A DNA stretch of 64,000 nt from Waterburya sp. (lineage in GTDB: Bacteria; Cyanobacteriota; Cyanobacteriia; Cyanobacteriales; Xenococcaceae). Where the stretch lies: NCBI GenBank assembly GCA_965217895.1, contig CBDCJV010000002.1, positions 1,984,001-2,048,000 on the forward strand, in the 5' to 3' direction. The notes under the pieces are model-generated. The model saw only the letters and a list, made by a program, of their open reading frames with translations. It made no database searches and was not told the origin of the DNA. Shown here in pieces: positions 1-8,976 of this stretch; the stretch's first letter is position 1, and every line of letters starts with the position of its first letter. The translations under genes and the position numbers were made by a program.

Positions 1-530
1 TCAATCTCCTTCATTGGTGTAGGAGCATCACATTGAGGACAAGGAGATAAAGATGATGAATTTTTTTTGATAGTTTCTAACCAGCGTCTAGCTGCCAATT
101 TTGCATCTGTAGAAGAAGATAGATGATCTTGCTTACTCTCGAAATTTAAGGCTTTATATTCAACAGAATTATGTTTAAATTTCTGCTGCTCACTCATACT
201 AAATAAGTTGGTATTAATAGTATTTTGAGCAGTTGCTTGATGCCATTGGGAAGATGAGAAGCGAACATCTTTAAGTACAAAAGGCAGCTGCTTGTTAAGC
301 TTTTTAAGTAGAGTGTAGCGTTGAAAAGAAAGCTCCTGCGCTCTTGCTGCGCTAGATGTTGCCACCCAAAGCACCTGCCGATTAATGTAAAGAGGACGAG
401 TATGCTGAGCGGTATTTTGACTGACGGTATCGTGCCAGCATTTTAAGAGTTGACGATGTTCACGAAGTTTCTCCCAACCTGGCTGTTGCTCCAGTTGAGC
501 TAGTATTTGTTCTACCGAATCAAAAAACAA
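1..530 (-). CDS. DUF721/DciA-family protein, 3' end runs off the window
   Basis: Not in the ORF track. Manual translation from TTG at 530: LFFDSVEQILAQLEQQPGW...HTRPLYINRQVLWVATSSAARAQELSFQR...LKDVRFS...CPQCDAPTP (DUF721 core plus the cyanobacterial CPxC tail). Confidence 0.8.
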   Translation of the reverse strand, partial: MFFDSVEQILAQLEQQPGWEKLREHRQLLKCWHDTVSQNTAQHTRPLYINRQVLWVATSSAARAQELSFQRYTLLKKLNKQLPFVLKDVRFSSSQWHQATAQNTINTNLFSMSEQQKFKHNSVEYKALNFESKQDHLSSSTDAKLAARRWLETIKKNSSSLSPCPQCDAPTPMKEI

Positions 531-623
531 TGAAGCTAGGGATCTTTGAGATCATAAATTTACCATTATTATCAGCATAGCCTTTAAATTTGGCTAAACT
601 AACCTAACCTGAACTGACATAAC

Positions 624-854
624 TTAGTCAGAGTTTTTTTTGGGTGCAGGTACAGGATCGTATCCACCTGGATGAAAAGGATGACAGCGTAATATACGAT
701 TAACCGCTAGCCAGCTACCTTTAATAGTTCCATGAAGAGCGATCGCCTCAATGGCATATTGTGAACAGGTGGGTTGAAAGCGACAGGTGGGAGGAAAAAG
801 AGGAGAAATAAAGCGACGATAGCTTTTAATTAGCCACAGCAGTAAAGTTTTCAT
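624..854 (-). CDS. yidD: Membrane protein insertion efficiency factor YidD
   Basis: [21 protein letters not shown]...[17 protein letters not shown] signature. Confidence 0.95.
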   Translation of the reverse strand: MKTLLLWLIKSYRRFISPLFPPTCRFQPTCSQYAIEAIALHGTIKGSWLAVNRILRCHPFHPGGYDPVPAPKKNSD

Positions 855-925
855 GATTTCTTACTCCACAAGTGTTCTAATCAACAGACAATAAAATAAA
901 TTCAAGCACATATCTTATTTTATAT

Positions 926-1639
926 ATGGGTAATTTAGAACTGTCATCTTCTGCACAAGAGGCGATCGCCCTTTTTTTATATCCTCTAGGAACTGTTTTT
1001 GCTTACTTGGCAATGTTAGTTATTGTAGCTGACGTTCTTAGTCGCTTCGTTGTCGATGATCCCGAATTAACCCGCAAAGTTGTTCATATTGGCAGTGGCA
1101 ACGTCATCCTTATAGCTTGGTGGTTGGATATATCCTCGGCGGTAATTATTGGTGCTGCCATAATTGCTGCGGCGATCGCCATTATCTCTTATCTTATTCC
1201 TATTCTTCCTAGCATTGAAAGCGTTGGGCGCAAAAGTTTTGGTACGCTATTTTATGCCCTCAGCATTGGTATCTTAGCTGCCTGTTTCTGGCAAAATAGC
1301 CCTCAATATACGACAATTGGCATTTTAATTATGGCTTGGGGAGATGGCATGGCAGCCATTATTGGTCAGCGTTTTGGCAAACATCCTTATCATGTCGGCG
1401 GGATAACTAAAAGCTGGGAAGGCTCTTTTGCCATGCTAGGAGCAGCTTTTAGCGTTACTGGAGCAATTTTATTATTTGTAGAGGGGAATAATTGGCAAGT
1501 ATGGTCAATTTCTTTAGTGGTTGCTGTAGTTGCCACTATATTAGAAGCTTTCTCTAAGCTAGGTGTAGATAATTTAACTGTCCCTATAAGCAGTGGATTT
1601 TTGTGTTTTTTTTGTGTTCAGGTACTATCATTTAATTAA
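926..1639 (+). CDS. Phytol/dolichol (polyprenol) kinase family membrane protein
   Basis: RKVVHI, GDGMAAIIG, KSWEGS and DNLTVP motifs; multi-pass hydrophobic. Confidence 0.85.
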   Translation: MGNLELSSSAQEAIALFLYPLGTVFAYLAMLVIVADVLSRFVVDDPELTRKVVHIGSGNVILIAWWLDISSAVIIGAAIIAAAIAIISYLIPILPSIESVGRKSFGTLFYALSIGILAACFWQNSPQYTTIGILIMAWGDGMAAIIGQRFGKHPYHVGGITKSWEGSFAMLGAAFSVTGAILLFVEGNNWQVWSISLVVAVVATILEAFSKLGVDNLTVPISSGFLCFFCVQVLSFN

Positions 1640-1686
1640 ATATTATTTAACCGTACAAATCCAAAATTAATTAATAACTCCAGATA

Positions 1687-1920
1687 ATGACTAATTCTGC
1701 GCCCAAACAAGCACCAGAAGCGACTATACCTCCTGAATCTACTTCAGAGGAGACTGAAGATAATAATATCTCAGAAATTTCCAAGCCCAAAGATAGCTAT
1801 GTTAAGTTAGCAATGCGGAACATGGTTCGCAAAGGAAGGCAATCTTTGTGGCACTTTTTTCTGACTACTGCTGGTTTAGTCGGGCTTTTAGTTGGTTTAG
1901 CTTACTTAACTAAACCATAA
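1687..1920 (+). CDS. DUF3285-like small cyanobacterial membrane protein
   Basis: SYVKLAMRNMVRKGRQSLWHF motif followed by a C-terminal TM helix. Confidence 0.8.
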   Translation: MTNSAPKQAPEATIPPESTSEETEDNNISEISKPKDSYVKLAMRNMVRKGRQSLWHFFLTTAGLVGLLVGLAYLTKP

Positions 1921-1946
1921 ATTAAGTAAATCTATGGACATGACCT

Positions 1947-2047
1947 TTCATTGAACATTAAGCATTTAACATTTCATGAGAAGTAGGTAATTAGTAATCA
2001 AAAACTACAAACTACGAACTACGAACTACGAACTTCATTGAACATTC
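1947..2047. repeat. Heptamer short tandem repeats (STRR-like)
   Basis: ACTACGA tandem copies, with TTCATTGAACATT on both sides. Confidence 0.6.
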
Positions 2048-2065
2048 AAATATCTGATAAATGAA

Positions 2066-2692
2066 ATGACTGTTAAGCAACCTGTAAATGCTCTAATTTA
2101 CGTCGAAAACATATATGAGGGAGAATTATCTAAAAATAGTTTAAAAGCTGTTGAATCTATTCCCTGGGACGACTGGATTAAAGTTTGGCTTGACTTACTT
2201 GGGTCTATAAGTAATTTAAATCAAGACTGCGAAATAGGCTTGAGATTAACTGGCGATCGCCAAATTCAGGCTCTTAACCGTCAGTATCGCTCAATTGACC
2301 AACCTACAGATGTTTTGGCATTTGCAGCTACAGAAGCAAATGTTCCTCTACCACAGGATATTGCTGAACCTCTTTATTTAGGAGATGTTATTATTTCACT
2401 TGATACGGCTGAAAAACAAGCGCAGGAGCAAAACCATTTATTAACAACAGAGTTGGCTTGGTTGGCTAGTCATGGTGTGTTACACCTGCTAGGTTGGGAT
2501 CATCCTGATGAGGTTAGCCTAGAAAAAATGTTAAAGCAACAGTCTAAACTGGTTCAATTGTCAACGATACACCGCCGTAGAAGCGACGAGACCCCGCGTC
2601 GGCGTAAGACGCAAGGGAATGCTCGTCAAGACACGACGGTGCCTGCGTTGACCGCCTTGCGCGGTCAAAAGTTTCGCAAAGCTAGTGAGTAA
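2066..2692 (+). CDS. ybeY: rRNA maturation endoribonuclease YbeY with an insertion-derived C-terminal tail
   Basis: LNRQYR..DQPTDVLAF, LGDVIIS and HGVLHLLGWDH zinc motif. Confidence 0.95.
   Translation: MTVKQPVNALIYVENIYEGELSKNSLKAVESIPWDDWIKVWLDLLGSISNLNQDCEIGLRLTGDRQIQALNRQYRSIDQPTDVLAFAATEANVPLPQDIAEPLYLGDVIISLDTAEKQAQEQNHLLTTELAWLASHGVLHLLGWDHPDEVSLEKMLKQQSKLVQLSTIHRRRSDETPRRRKTQGNARQDTTVPALTALRGQKFRKASE
2569..2674. mobile_element. 106-bp GC-rich small dispersed repeat inserted into a CGATCG site at the 3' end of ybeY
   Basis: Removing it restores ACGATCGC and a short ending (STIAKLVSKIT*); it contains the hairpin TTGACCGC-N5-GCGGTCAA. Confidence 0.65.
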
Positions 2693-2795
2693 GATTACGT
2701 AGTTGTACTGTTTTATTTGAACATAACATTGTGTGATTGTTGAGTTATTATTGCATTATAAATAAGCAAATATACGGATCGAGTTTGATATCAAG

Positions 2796-3299
2796 ATGAT
2801 TGAAACAAACAAGAAAAGTAGTCCGACCTTATCTTTATTAGATAAAAATATGAAATCTTCTACTATTGCTTCTCAAGAAGCTTCTACAGCCAGTAATAAA
2901 ATAATCCGCAATTTAGCTTGGCAGGTAGCACCAAATTTATTTTTGAGCTTTAAATATGCTTGGGCGGGAGTGCGTTACGCTTTTGTTACCCAAAGAAATT
3001 TCCGTATTCATACTTTGATTGGTACCCTGGCGGTTAGCTTGGGTATTTTTTTAGAAGTTCAGGCTATGGAAATGGCAGTAATCGTCATGACTTGCGCTAT
3101 GGTAATGGTTCTAGAGTTAATCAATACGGCTCTTGAGGCGGTAGTCGATCTAACGGTAAAGCAAACATACCACGAGCTAGCTAAAATAGCTAAAGACTGT
3201 GCTGCTGGGGCAGTTTTAATCAGCGCGATCGCAGCGGTTATAGTGGCAGCTTTTATTCTGCTTCCCAATCTCTTAGAATTTATTATCCCAATGTTGTAA
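2796..3299 (+). CDS. dgkA: Diacylglycerol/undecaprenol kinase family protein (start may be the ATG near 2850)
   Basis: SFKYAWAG, QRNFRIH, ELINTALEAVVD and AKIAKDCAAGAVL motifs. Confidence 0.9.
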   Translation: MIETNKKSSPTLSLLDKNMKSSTIASQEASTASNKIIRNLAWQVAPNLFLSFKYAWAGVRYAFVTQRNFRIHTLIGTLAVSLGIFLEVQAMEMAVIVMTCAMVMVLELINTALEAVVDLTVKQTYHELAKIAKDCAAGAVLISAIAAVIVAAFILLPNLLEFIIPML

Positions 3300-3311
3300 T
3301 GGAGATTTGAC

Positions 3312-3908
3312 TTGATTTTAGTTATTGATAACTATGATAGTTTCACCTATAACTTGGTGCAGTATTTAGGAGAATTGGGTCAAGAATTGCCTATAGCATC
3401 AGACATTCGCGTCTACAGAAACGATGCAATCGATCTTGAGACTATAAATCAGCTTCAGCCAGACGGCATTTTAATCTCTCCTGGTCCAGGTCGCCCTGAA
3501 GATGCAGGAATATCACTACAGTTAATTGAAAAACTTGGTTCTCAAATCCCTATTTTGGGAGTTTGTTTAGGTCATCAAAGTATTGGACAAGTTTTTGGCG
3601 GTCAAGTTGTCTCTGCACCCGTTTTGATGCACGGCAAAACATCTCTGGTTCATCATCACAATACGGGAATATTCGCTGGGCTAGAATCTCCTTTTACCGC
3701 CACTAGATATCATAGCTTAGTGATTGAGCGTCAAACTATTCCTGATACTTTGGAAATAACGGCTTGGGTGGAAGACGGTACAATTATGGGAGTTCGTCAT
3801 CGCGATTATCATCATCTTCAAGGAGTGCAGTTTCATCCTGAAAGCATTTTGACGGATAATGGCAAATTATTGTTACGTAATTTTTTAAATTCTTTAGGTA
3901 GTAAGTAA
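3312..3908 (+). CDS. trpG: Anthranilate/aminodeoxychorismate synthase component II (glutamine amidotransferase)
   Basis: IDNYDSFTYNL, SPGPG, GVCLGHQ, RYHSL and QFHPES motifs. Confidence 0.9.
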   Translation: MILVIDNYDSFTYNLVQYLGELGQELPIASDIRVYRNDAIDLETINQLQPDGILISPGPGRPEDAGISLQLIEKLGSQIPILGVCLGHQSIGQVFGGQVVSAPVLMHGKTSLVHHHNTGIFAGLESPFTATRYHSLVIERQTIPDTLEITAWVEDGTIMGVRHRDYHHLQGVQFHPESILTDNGKLLLRNFLNSLGSK

Positions 3909-3912
3909 ATAT

Positions 3913-4695
3913 ATGAAACGGCGACAGTTAATTCGCTACGGCGGAGTAGGTTTGACAACGGCGATCGCCAGCAGTTTGATTCCCCCTCAGTTTTCCTTGG
4001 CTAAAGAAGCCACCGATGGCGTGACTATTCAATATCTCGGACATACCTGCTTTTTGTTTACGGGTAATGGTATAAAAGTTCTGGTTAATCCCTATGATTC
4101 GGCTGGCTGTACCGCTGGCTTAACTCTACCTGACGTGCAGCCAGACGTAGTGCTAGTTAGTAGCTTTCTTTTAGATGAAGGAGCAGTAAATAAAGTACAG
4201 GGTAATCCGCAAATTATTACGCAGCCAGGTATTCATCAGTTTAAAAGTATTAAGTTCCAAGGATTTTCTATGCCCCACGATCTTCAAGGAGGAAAACGCT
4301 TTGGCAAGAATATTGCCTGGCGATGGACTCAAGGAGGAGTAAATATTCTCCATCTTGGCGGTGCTGCTGCGCCTCTAACTACAGAAGATAAAATATTGCT
4401 AGGTGGTGCAGATATACTGCTTGCTCCAGTTGGAGGTGGTCCAAAAGCCTATGATGCGTCCGAGGCGAATCAGGCAGTAAAGGTTCTTCATCCTAAAATG
4501 GTAATTCCTACTCAATATCGAGTTGCCACAGCCGATAAAGCAAGCTGCGATCTTGCTCCTGTGGATGACTTTTTGGCTTTGGTCAAGAGTGAAAACATGG
4601 AAGTAGCCGAAGTAGGTAGAGATCGCTTTCAAGTCAAAAAATCTTATTTGAATGGCGATCGCACTTTAGTCAGAGTTCTCGACTATACCTCATGA
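3913..4695 (+). CDS. MBL-fold metallo-hydrolase-like protein with twin-arginine (Tat) signal
   Basis: MKRRQLI N-terminus; LGHTCF, ILHLGG, PVGGG and IPTQY motifs. Confidence 0.8.
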   Translation: MKRRQLIRYGGVGLTTAIASSLIPPQFSLAKEATDGVTIQYLGHTCFLFTGNGIKVLVNPYDSAGCTAGLTLPDVQPDVVLVSSFLLDEGAVNKVQGNPQIITQPGIHQFKSIKFQGFSMPHDLQGGKRFGKNIAWRWTQGGVNILHLGGAAAPLTTEDKILLGGADILLAPVGGGPKAYDASEANQAVKVLHPKMVIPTQYRVATADKASCDLAPVDDFLALVKSENMEVAEVGRDRFQVKKSYLNGDRTLVRVLDYTS

Positions 4696-4916
4696 GCTTT
4701 GTCGTTTTTCTCGGATTAGGATTAAGCGCGATTACGCTATCGCGTAGCCTTCGGATCGCCTGAGGTCTAAAAGCCACTGAAGAAGTTGTGCAACTGTCTA
4801 GGGCAATTATCGGCGCAATTCTTTTGGTTTGGGAGCTATGTTTAACCCCTAAGATGTTTTTGGCAGTTATTGCCGTGTTTCGCATTTGTATTCCTTGTTG
4901 CGAGTGCGATCAATAA
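4692..4916 (+). pseudogene. Small membrane protein pseudogene (in-frame TGA at 4761; 24-bp insertion)
   Basis: ATGA overlap with the upstream gene; MSFVVFLGLGLSA[insert]IA*GLKATEEVVQLSRAIIGAILLVW... hydrophobic reading frame. Confidence 0.55.
4731..4754. mobile_element. 24-bp SDR5-like micro-element inserted in HIP1 (GCG^ATCGC)
   Basis: GCG-ATTACGCTATCGCGTAGCCTTCGG-ATCGC, with internal hairpin TACGC-TATC-GCGTA. Confidence 0.7.
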
Positions 4917-4920
4917 AATT

Positions 4921-5004
4921 ATAGGGACGTTTCGTGAGGTAGTGTGGTCTTGGGGGTTTCTCTGATGAACAACTATCGAACCCGAAGGGCGAAACGCCCC
5001 TACA
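4921..5004. repeat. REP-like palindrome interrupted by a second small dispersed repeat
   Basis: TAGGGACGTTTCG...CGAAACGCCCCTA inverted arms separated by ~50 bp (GGTAGTGTGGTCTTGGGGGTTTC...AACCCGAAGG). Confidence 0.6.
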
Positions 5005-5020
5005 ACGAAATATGATGCAA

Positions 5021-5641
5021 TTAATTTTTTTCGGCTTTTGGCTCAATGCCTTGGTCAAGCTGCCAGGCGATCGCATTAAGAACTAAACTACCATTGCCTG
5101 TACAACTCTCTTGGTATTCTTCCTGTGCTGCGACAACAGAGCCTAATTTCTCGATGGTTTTACCGTACTTCTTGTCTTTAGCTAGTTCTTTTTCTTCGGC
5201 GGTCAAAGGACGCGATCGCTCTAAAACAACTTTGATAATCGGTATATACTGCTCTGCCTGTTCTGATGCTTCTTGCACCTCTAATTGCAGCTTAGTAAGT
5301 TCAATAATTTCTTTTGCTCCCTGAACAATGGGCAATAATTCTTGACTATCTGACACGGTTTGAGTTGATTTTACTGGGGGACTAACCGATGGTACATAAA
5401 AAATGTGGTCTGGTGTTAAACCATCAGGAAAACGATTGACATCAATCTCTTCTTTTTCCCACATTTCTTGCACAATCTCCAAAGCTTTGGCACGATTTTT
5501 TTGGGTATCTCCTGTTGTACTAGACACCTCTACCAAAATTCCTTCTTGCTCTTCAACTGGTTTAGAAAGATCGCTAACTGCGACAAAATGAGAAACTGCT
5601 GCGGTTTTTGCCATCTTTAAGAAAGATTTAAATTTTTTCAA
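5021..5641 (-). CDS. Hypothetical protein (start may be MAKTAAV)
   Basis: 206-aa ORF, charged and helical composition, no recognised motif. Confidence 0.65.
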   Translation of the reverse strand: MKKFKSFLKMAKTAAVSHFVAVSDLSKPVEEQEGILVEVSSTTGDTQKNRAKALEIVQEMWEKEEIDVNRFPDGLTPDHIFYVPSVSPPVKSTQTVSDSQELLPIVQGAKEIIELTKLQLEVQEASEQAEQYIPIIKVVLERSRPLTAEEKELAKDKKYGKTIEKLGSVVAAQEEYQESCTGNGSLVLNAIAWQLDQGIEPKAEKN

Positions 5642-5647
5642 TATTAT

Positions 5648-6380
5648 TGTAATATCATAATTATTATCGCCGTTAAGAGCAACAACTCAATAAAAGTTGC
5701 CTCTTGTATCAAATCTCATTCAACCCCAAATACAATTTTAATTCATGCCCAAAATGGTATTCCCTACTGTTGGTTTAATAGCGATAATTACCTCTCGATC
5801 CTTAACAAAAACCTGTTTGACAAATTAAGCTTCTATCGTTATTTAAATACTGTTGATAGTAATGGTGTTTTAGAGAAAAATTTGCGCGATCGCACTATAG
5901 TAGGATGTGTAGTTAAAGCTCCTTGTCAACAAACAAAAGAGGGAAAAATTCAAGTTAAAAAACCGCCTCGATTAATTTTGGGTTTGACCAAAAGCGATAG
6001 TCACAATTTAAAACAGCAGGCTGTAGTTCAACGCCTATGTGATTTATTTTCTCAACATGGTATAGCTGCTACCTACACTGATAAGATACGCGCTGCCGTG
6101 TGCGACAAGCTAGCCATTAATATAGCCACCAATGTTCTTTCAGCTTTGACTGGCAGAGTAATTGCCGATTTAACCGCAAACTACTATACCAACAGTCTAA
6201 TTAAAACTATTATTGCCGAGTTTAATCATGTTTTTTGCTGTTACGGCATCAAGCCAGAAGATTTGCCCACCGAACAAGCAATTTGTTCATATATCAAAGC
6301 CCCAAGCAGCCAAAGTCATCTACCTTCTCTCGCCCAAGATTTTTCTCAACACAAACCTGGAGAAATAAGTTCAATTACCG
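5648..6380 (+). pseudogene. panE: 2-dehydropantoate 2-reductase (PanE/ApbA family) fragment lacking both termini
   Basis: The open frame upstream of the called start reads IIIIAVKS...ILIHAQNGIP, then VGCVV, KLAINIATNVLSALTG, PSLAQD...GEI; no GxGxxG N-terminus. Confidence 0.75.
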
Positions 6381-6643
6381 CTGACGCTTGCTCCTTCTCT
6401 AAGAATTACACCACCACCCAAAAAACCAACTCCTGAAACTATTTGAGCAGGAATTCTCGTGGGGGTGGCATCTCCTGGAGTCATTATCGAAAGCATGACA
6501 AACATTGCTGATCCTAAAGTTACCAGCACATTTGTTTTTAAAATTGCTCTAGTTTTAAGCCATTGTCTTTCAATACCGATACCTACAGCTAGGAAAAATC
6601 CTACTAACAAACGAAGGGCAAAAGTCGTCCACGTAATGATCAT
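6371..6643 (-). pseudogene. mgtC: MgtC/SapB family protein, C-terminally truncated
   Basis: IGIERQW, LKTNVLVTLGSA, RIPAQIVSGVGFLGGGVILREG; stops before the TAAxxW motif. Confidence 0.8.
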
Positions 6644-6798
6644 ATTAATATTCTCTGTAGACTGAAGGTTTAAGTAATTTAGACAGAATTATTTCGTAAA
6701 AATAGCTTTGATAAACCAACACATAAAAACACGCTAAGTTTAATACAAGATTAAGGCTCAACTCTAACCGATGTTAATCAATAATTTGCACAAAAAGT

Positions 6799-8880
6799 CT
6801 ATTTTTTATGTTCATCTTGAATTGCCTGGAGTGCAGCCTTAATCAGTTGAAAATAAGGCGATTGAGTTACATTAACCTGTTTAGCGACCTCTCGACTTTT
6901 ACCTAGTAACCCCAGAGAATTTCCTTGACTGACGGCTAAAACATTACCGCGATCATTTCTAATACGTAGTTCGGTATTAGTTTTGCTGCACACATAAATT
7001 CTGCCACTGTGAGTAAACACAGCTTTTTGAACCTTATGGTTAATTCTTTTATTTAAAACAGCAATCTGATTACTAGATTGAGTTTGAGATAACCTGACTC
7101 CGACTATTTCTAGCTCAATGTTGGTGCTGCCTTGCCAATGGTTTTCTTTTAGTTTGTAAGCTATGTCCAAATATTCTGGCAGAGGACAATATTCTCCCCA
7201 TCGCCATGCCAGTGCCTTAATCTGTGTGGAGGTATCGGCTTCTTGAACAGTTAGCTTTAAATGAGCCTGGCTTTTGCCGATCGCTCTTTGTTTAATCACT
7301 CGCACATTAGGAGTCCAAAATACGGGGGTACTATTGCCAATTCCCCAAGGCTGTAAACCTTCTAGCTGTTCGTAGAGAGTAAAATCCACCTGTCCTAAGC
7401 TGGCTTGAGCATCTATTTTGACTAGGGGTTTGAGATGTTCTACTTCTAAACATTTATGGGAAAACTCGCTCAATCTTTGCTTTATTTGTTCTAGATTGAC
7501 TGCGGGGAAGCTAAACCCACCTGCTGCGCGATGTCCGCCAAATTTGCCTAATAAATCGCTGCAATAGTTGAGAGCGTCAAAGACATTAAATTCATCAATA
7601 CTTCTGGCAGAGCCACGAATCATTTCAGGTAAAGGGGCATCTGAAGATTCTGACTGCTCATCTTCATAAGTACCAATAAACACAGGTACACCATAGCGTT
7701 CGACTAAACGGGATGCCACAATGCCAATTACGCCATGATGCCAACCAGCAGAGACAACAATTAAAACGCGATCGCGTTGCCAGGGAATTGGCGTAGATTC
7801 TACTAAAGCGATCGCCTCTTTTTCTATTTGTTCGCATAGTAAGCGACGGTGCTGGTTGATCTGTTCACACTGCATCGCTCTTTCTAGAGCCACCCCAGGA
7901 TCGTCAGTGGTCAATAGTTCAATTACCATTTGCGGGTCGCCAATTCTGCCTACCGCATTGATGCGAGGCCCTAAGCGAAAGCCAATATCATCAGGCTTTA
8001 GCTGTTTTTGCGCCTCGTCAATTCCTGCCACCTGCATCAATGCCTGAATGCCCAACAACTGAGAATTGGGTAAGGCTCTTAACCCGCGCTTGAGCCAACG
8101 ACGATTCACGCCAATTAAAGGAGCGAGATCGGCAATTGTTCCCAGGGTAAATAATTCTAAAATAGGGTTGGTTAAACCTTTGAGTTGTCCCAGACTTTGT
8201 GCCGTGGCGATCGCCAATATATATGCTACTCCAACTCCTGCAAGCCCCTTATAGGGAGAACTATCTGCCAATAGTTTAGGATTCAAAATAGCGTCGGCAG
8301 GAGGAAGTTGGGCTGGCAAGTCGTGGTGGTCAGTAATAATCACGCTCAAGCCAAGTTCTACAGCCCTAGCAATGGGTTCATAAGCCGAAATACCGTTATC
8401 GACCGTCAGAATTAGACCGACCCCGTTTGCGGCAAATTCTTCAACGATGCGCGTATTAATACCATAGCCATCCTTTATACGGCTAGGAATAGCATAATCT
8501 ACCTTTGCTCCTAGATGTTTTAACGCCCTTAATAACAATGCCGTGCTAGTCATGCCGTCGGCATCATAATCGCCACAGATAGCAATTTGCTCTTCTTCGG
8601 CGATCGCTTTTTTGATTAGTTCGACACTGATCCACAAATCCTCAAATTCGTCTAAAGGCGAAGGCAAATCCTGAGATTCTGGTTCAATATAGGTATGAGC
8701 CTGTTGGGCAGTAGCAATATCACGATTAATAATTACTTGAGCTACTAAGGGTAATAAACCAGTAGAGATACTCAACTCCTGGACTGCCTTTGGCTGAGAC
8801 GGTGCAATGTGCCATCTTTGATTAGGCAATCGTTTGTGGTTAGGGAGATTACGCTGCACGAATCCTTGGCGATCGCTCAT
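6799..8880 (-). CDS. recJ: Single-stranded-DNA-specific exonuclease RecJ
   Basis: GDYDADG, TVDNG, TDHH, GPRINAVGR and GGHRAAGG (DHH/DHHA1) motifs. Confidence 0.95.
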   Translation of the reverse strand: MSDRQGFVQRNLPNHKRLPNQRWHIAPSQPKAVQELSISTGLLPLVAQVIINRDIATAQQAHTYIEPESQDLPSPLDEFEDLWISVELIKKAIAEEEQIAICGDYDADGMTSTALLLRALKHLGAKVDYAIPSRIKDGYGINTRIVEEFAANGVGLILTVDNGISAYEPIARAVELGLSVIITDHHDLPAQLPPADAILNPKLLADSSPYKGLAGVGVAYILAIATAQSLGQLKGLTNPILELFTLGTIADLAPLIGVNRRWLKRGLRALPNSQLLGIQALMQVAGIDEAQKQLKPDDIGFRLGPRINAVGRIGDPQMVIELLTTDDPGVALERAMQCEQINQHRRLLCEQIEKEAIALVESTPIPWQRDRVLIVVSAGWHHGVIGIVASRLVERYGVPVFIGTYEDEQSESSDAPLPEMIRGSARSIDEFNVFDALNYCSDLLGKFGGHRAAGGFSFPAVNLEQIKQRLSEFSHKCLEVEHLKPLVKIDAQASLGQVDFTLYEQLEGLQPWGIGNSTPVFWTPNVRVIKQRAIGKSQAHLKLTVQEADTSTQIKALAWRWGEYCPLPEYLDIAYKLKENHWQGSTNIELEIVGVRLSQTQSSNQIAVLNKRINHKVQKAVFTHSGRIYVCSKTNTELRIRNDRGNVLAVSQGNSLGLLGKSREVAKQVNVTQSPYFQLIKAALQAIQDEHKK

Positions 8881-8976
8881 ACTAGAATCAAATATCTATA
8901 ATGTAATGCGGGCAACCAAAAGTATAACAATCAGCACCCTCACTAAAATATCAATCACAAATAAGCATCTTATCTA

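Noticed and set aside
4670..5076. Minus-strand ORFs of 71 and 69 aa
   Set aside because: Better explained as the antisense of a small pseudogene and of nested repeats.
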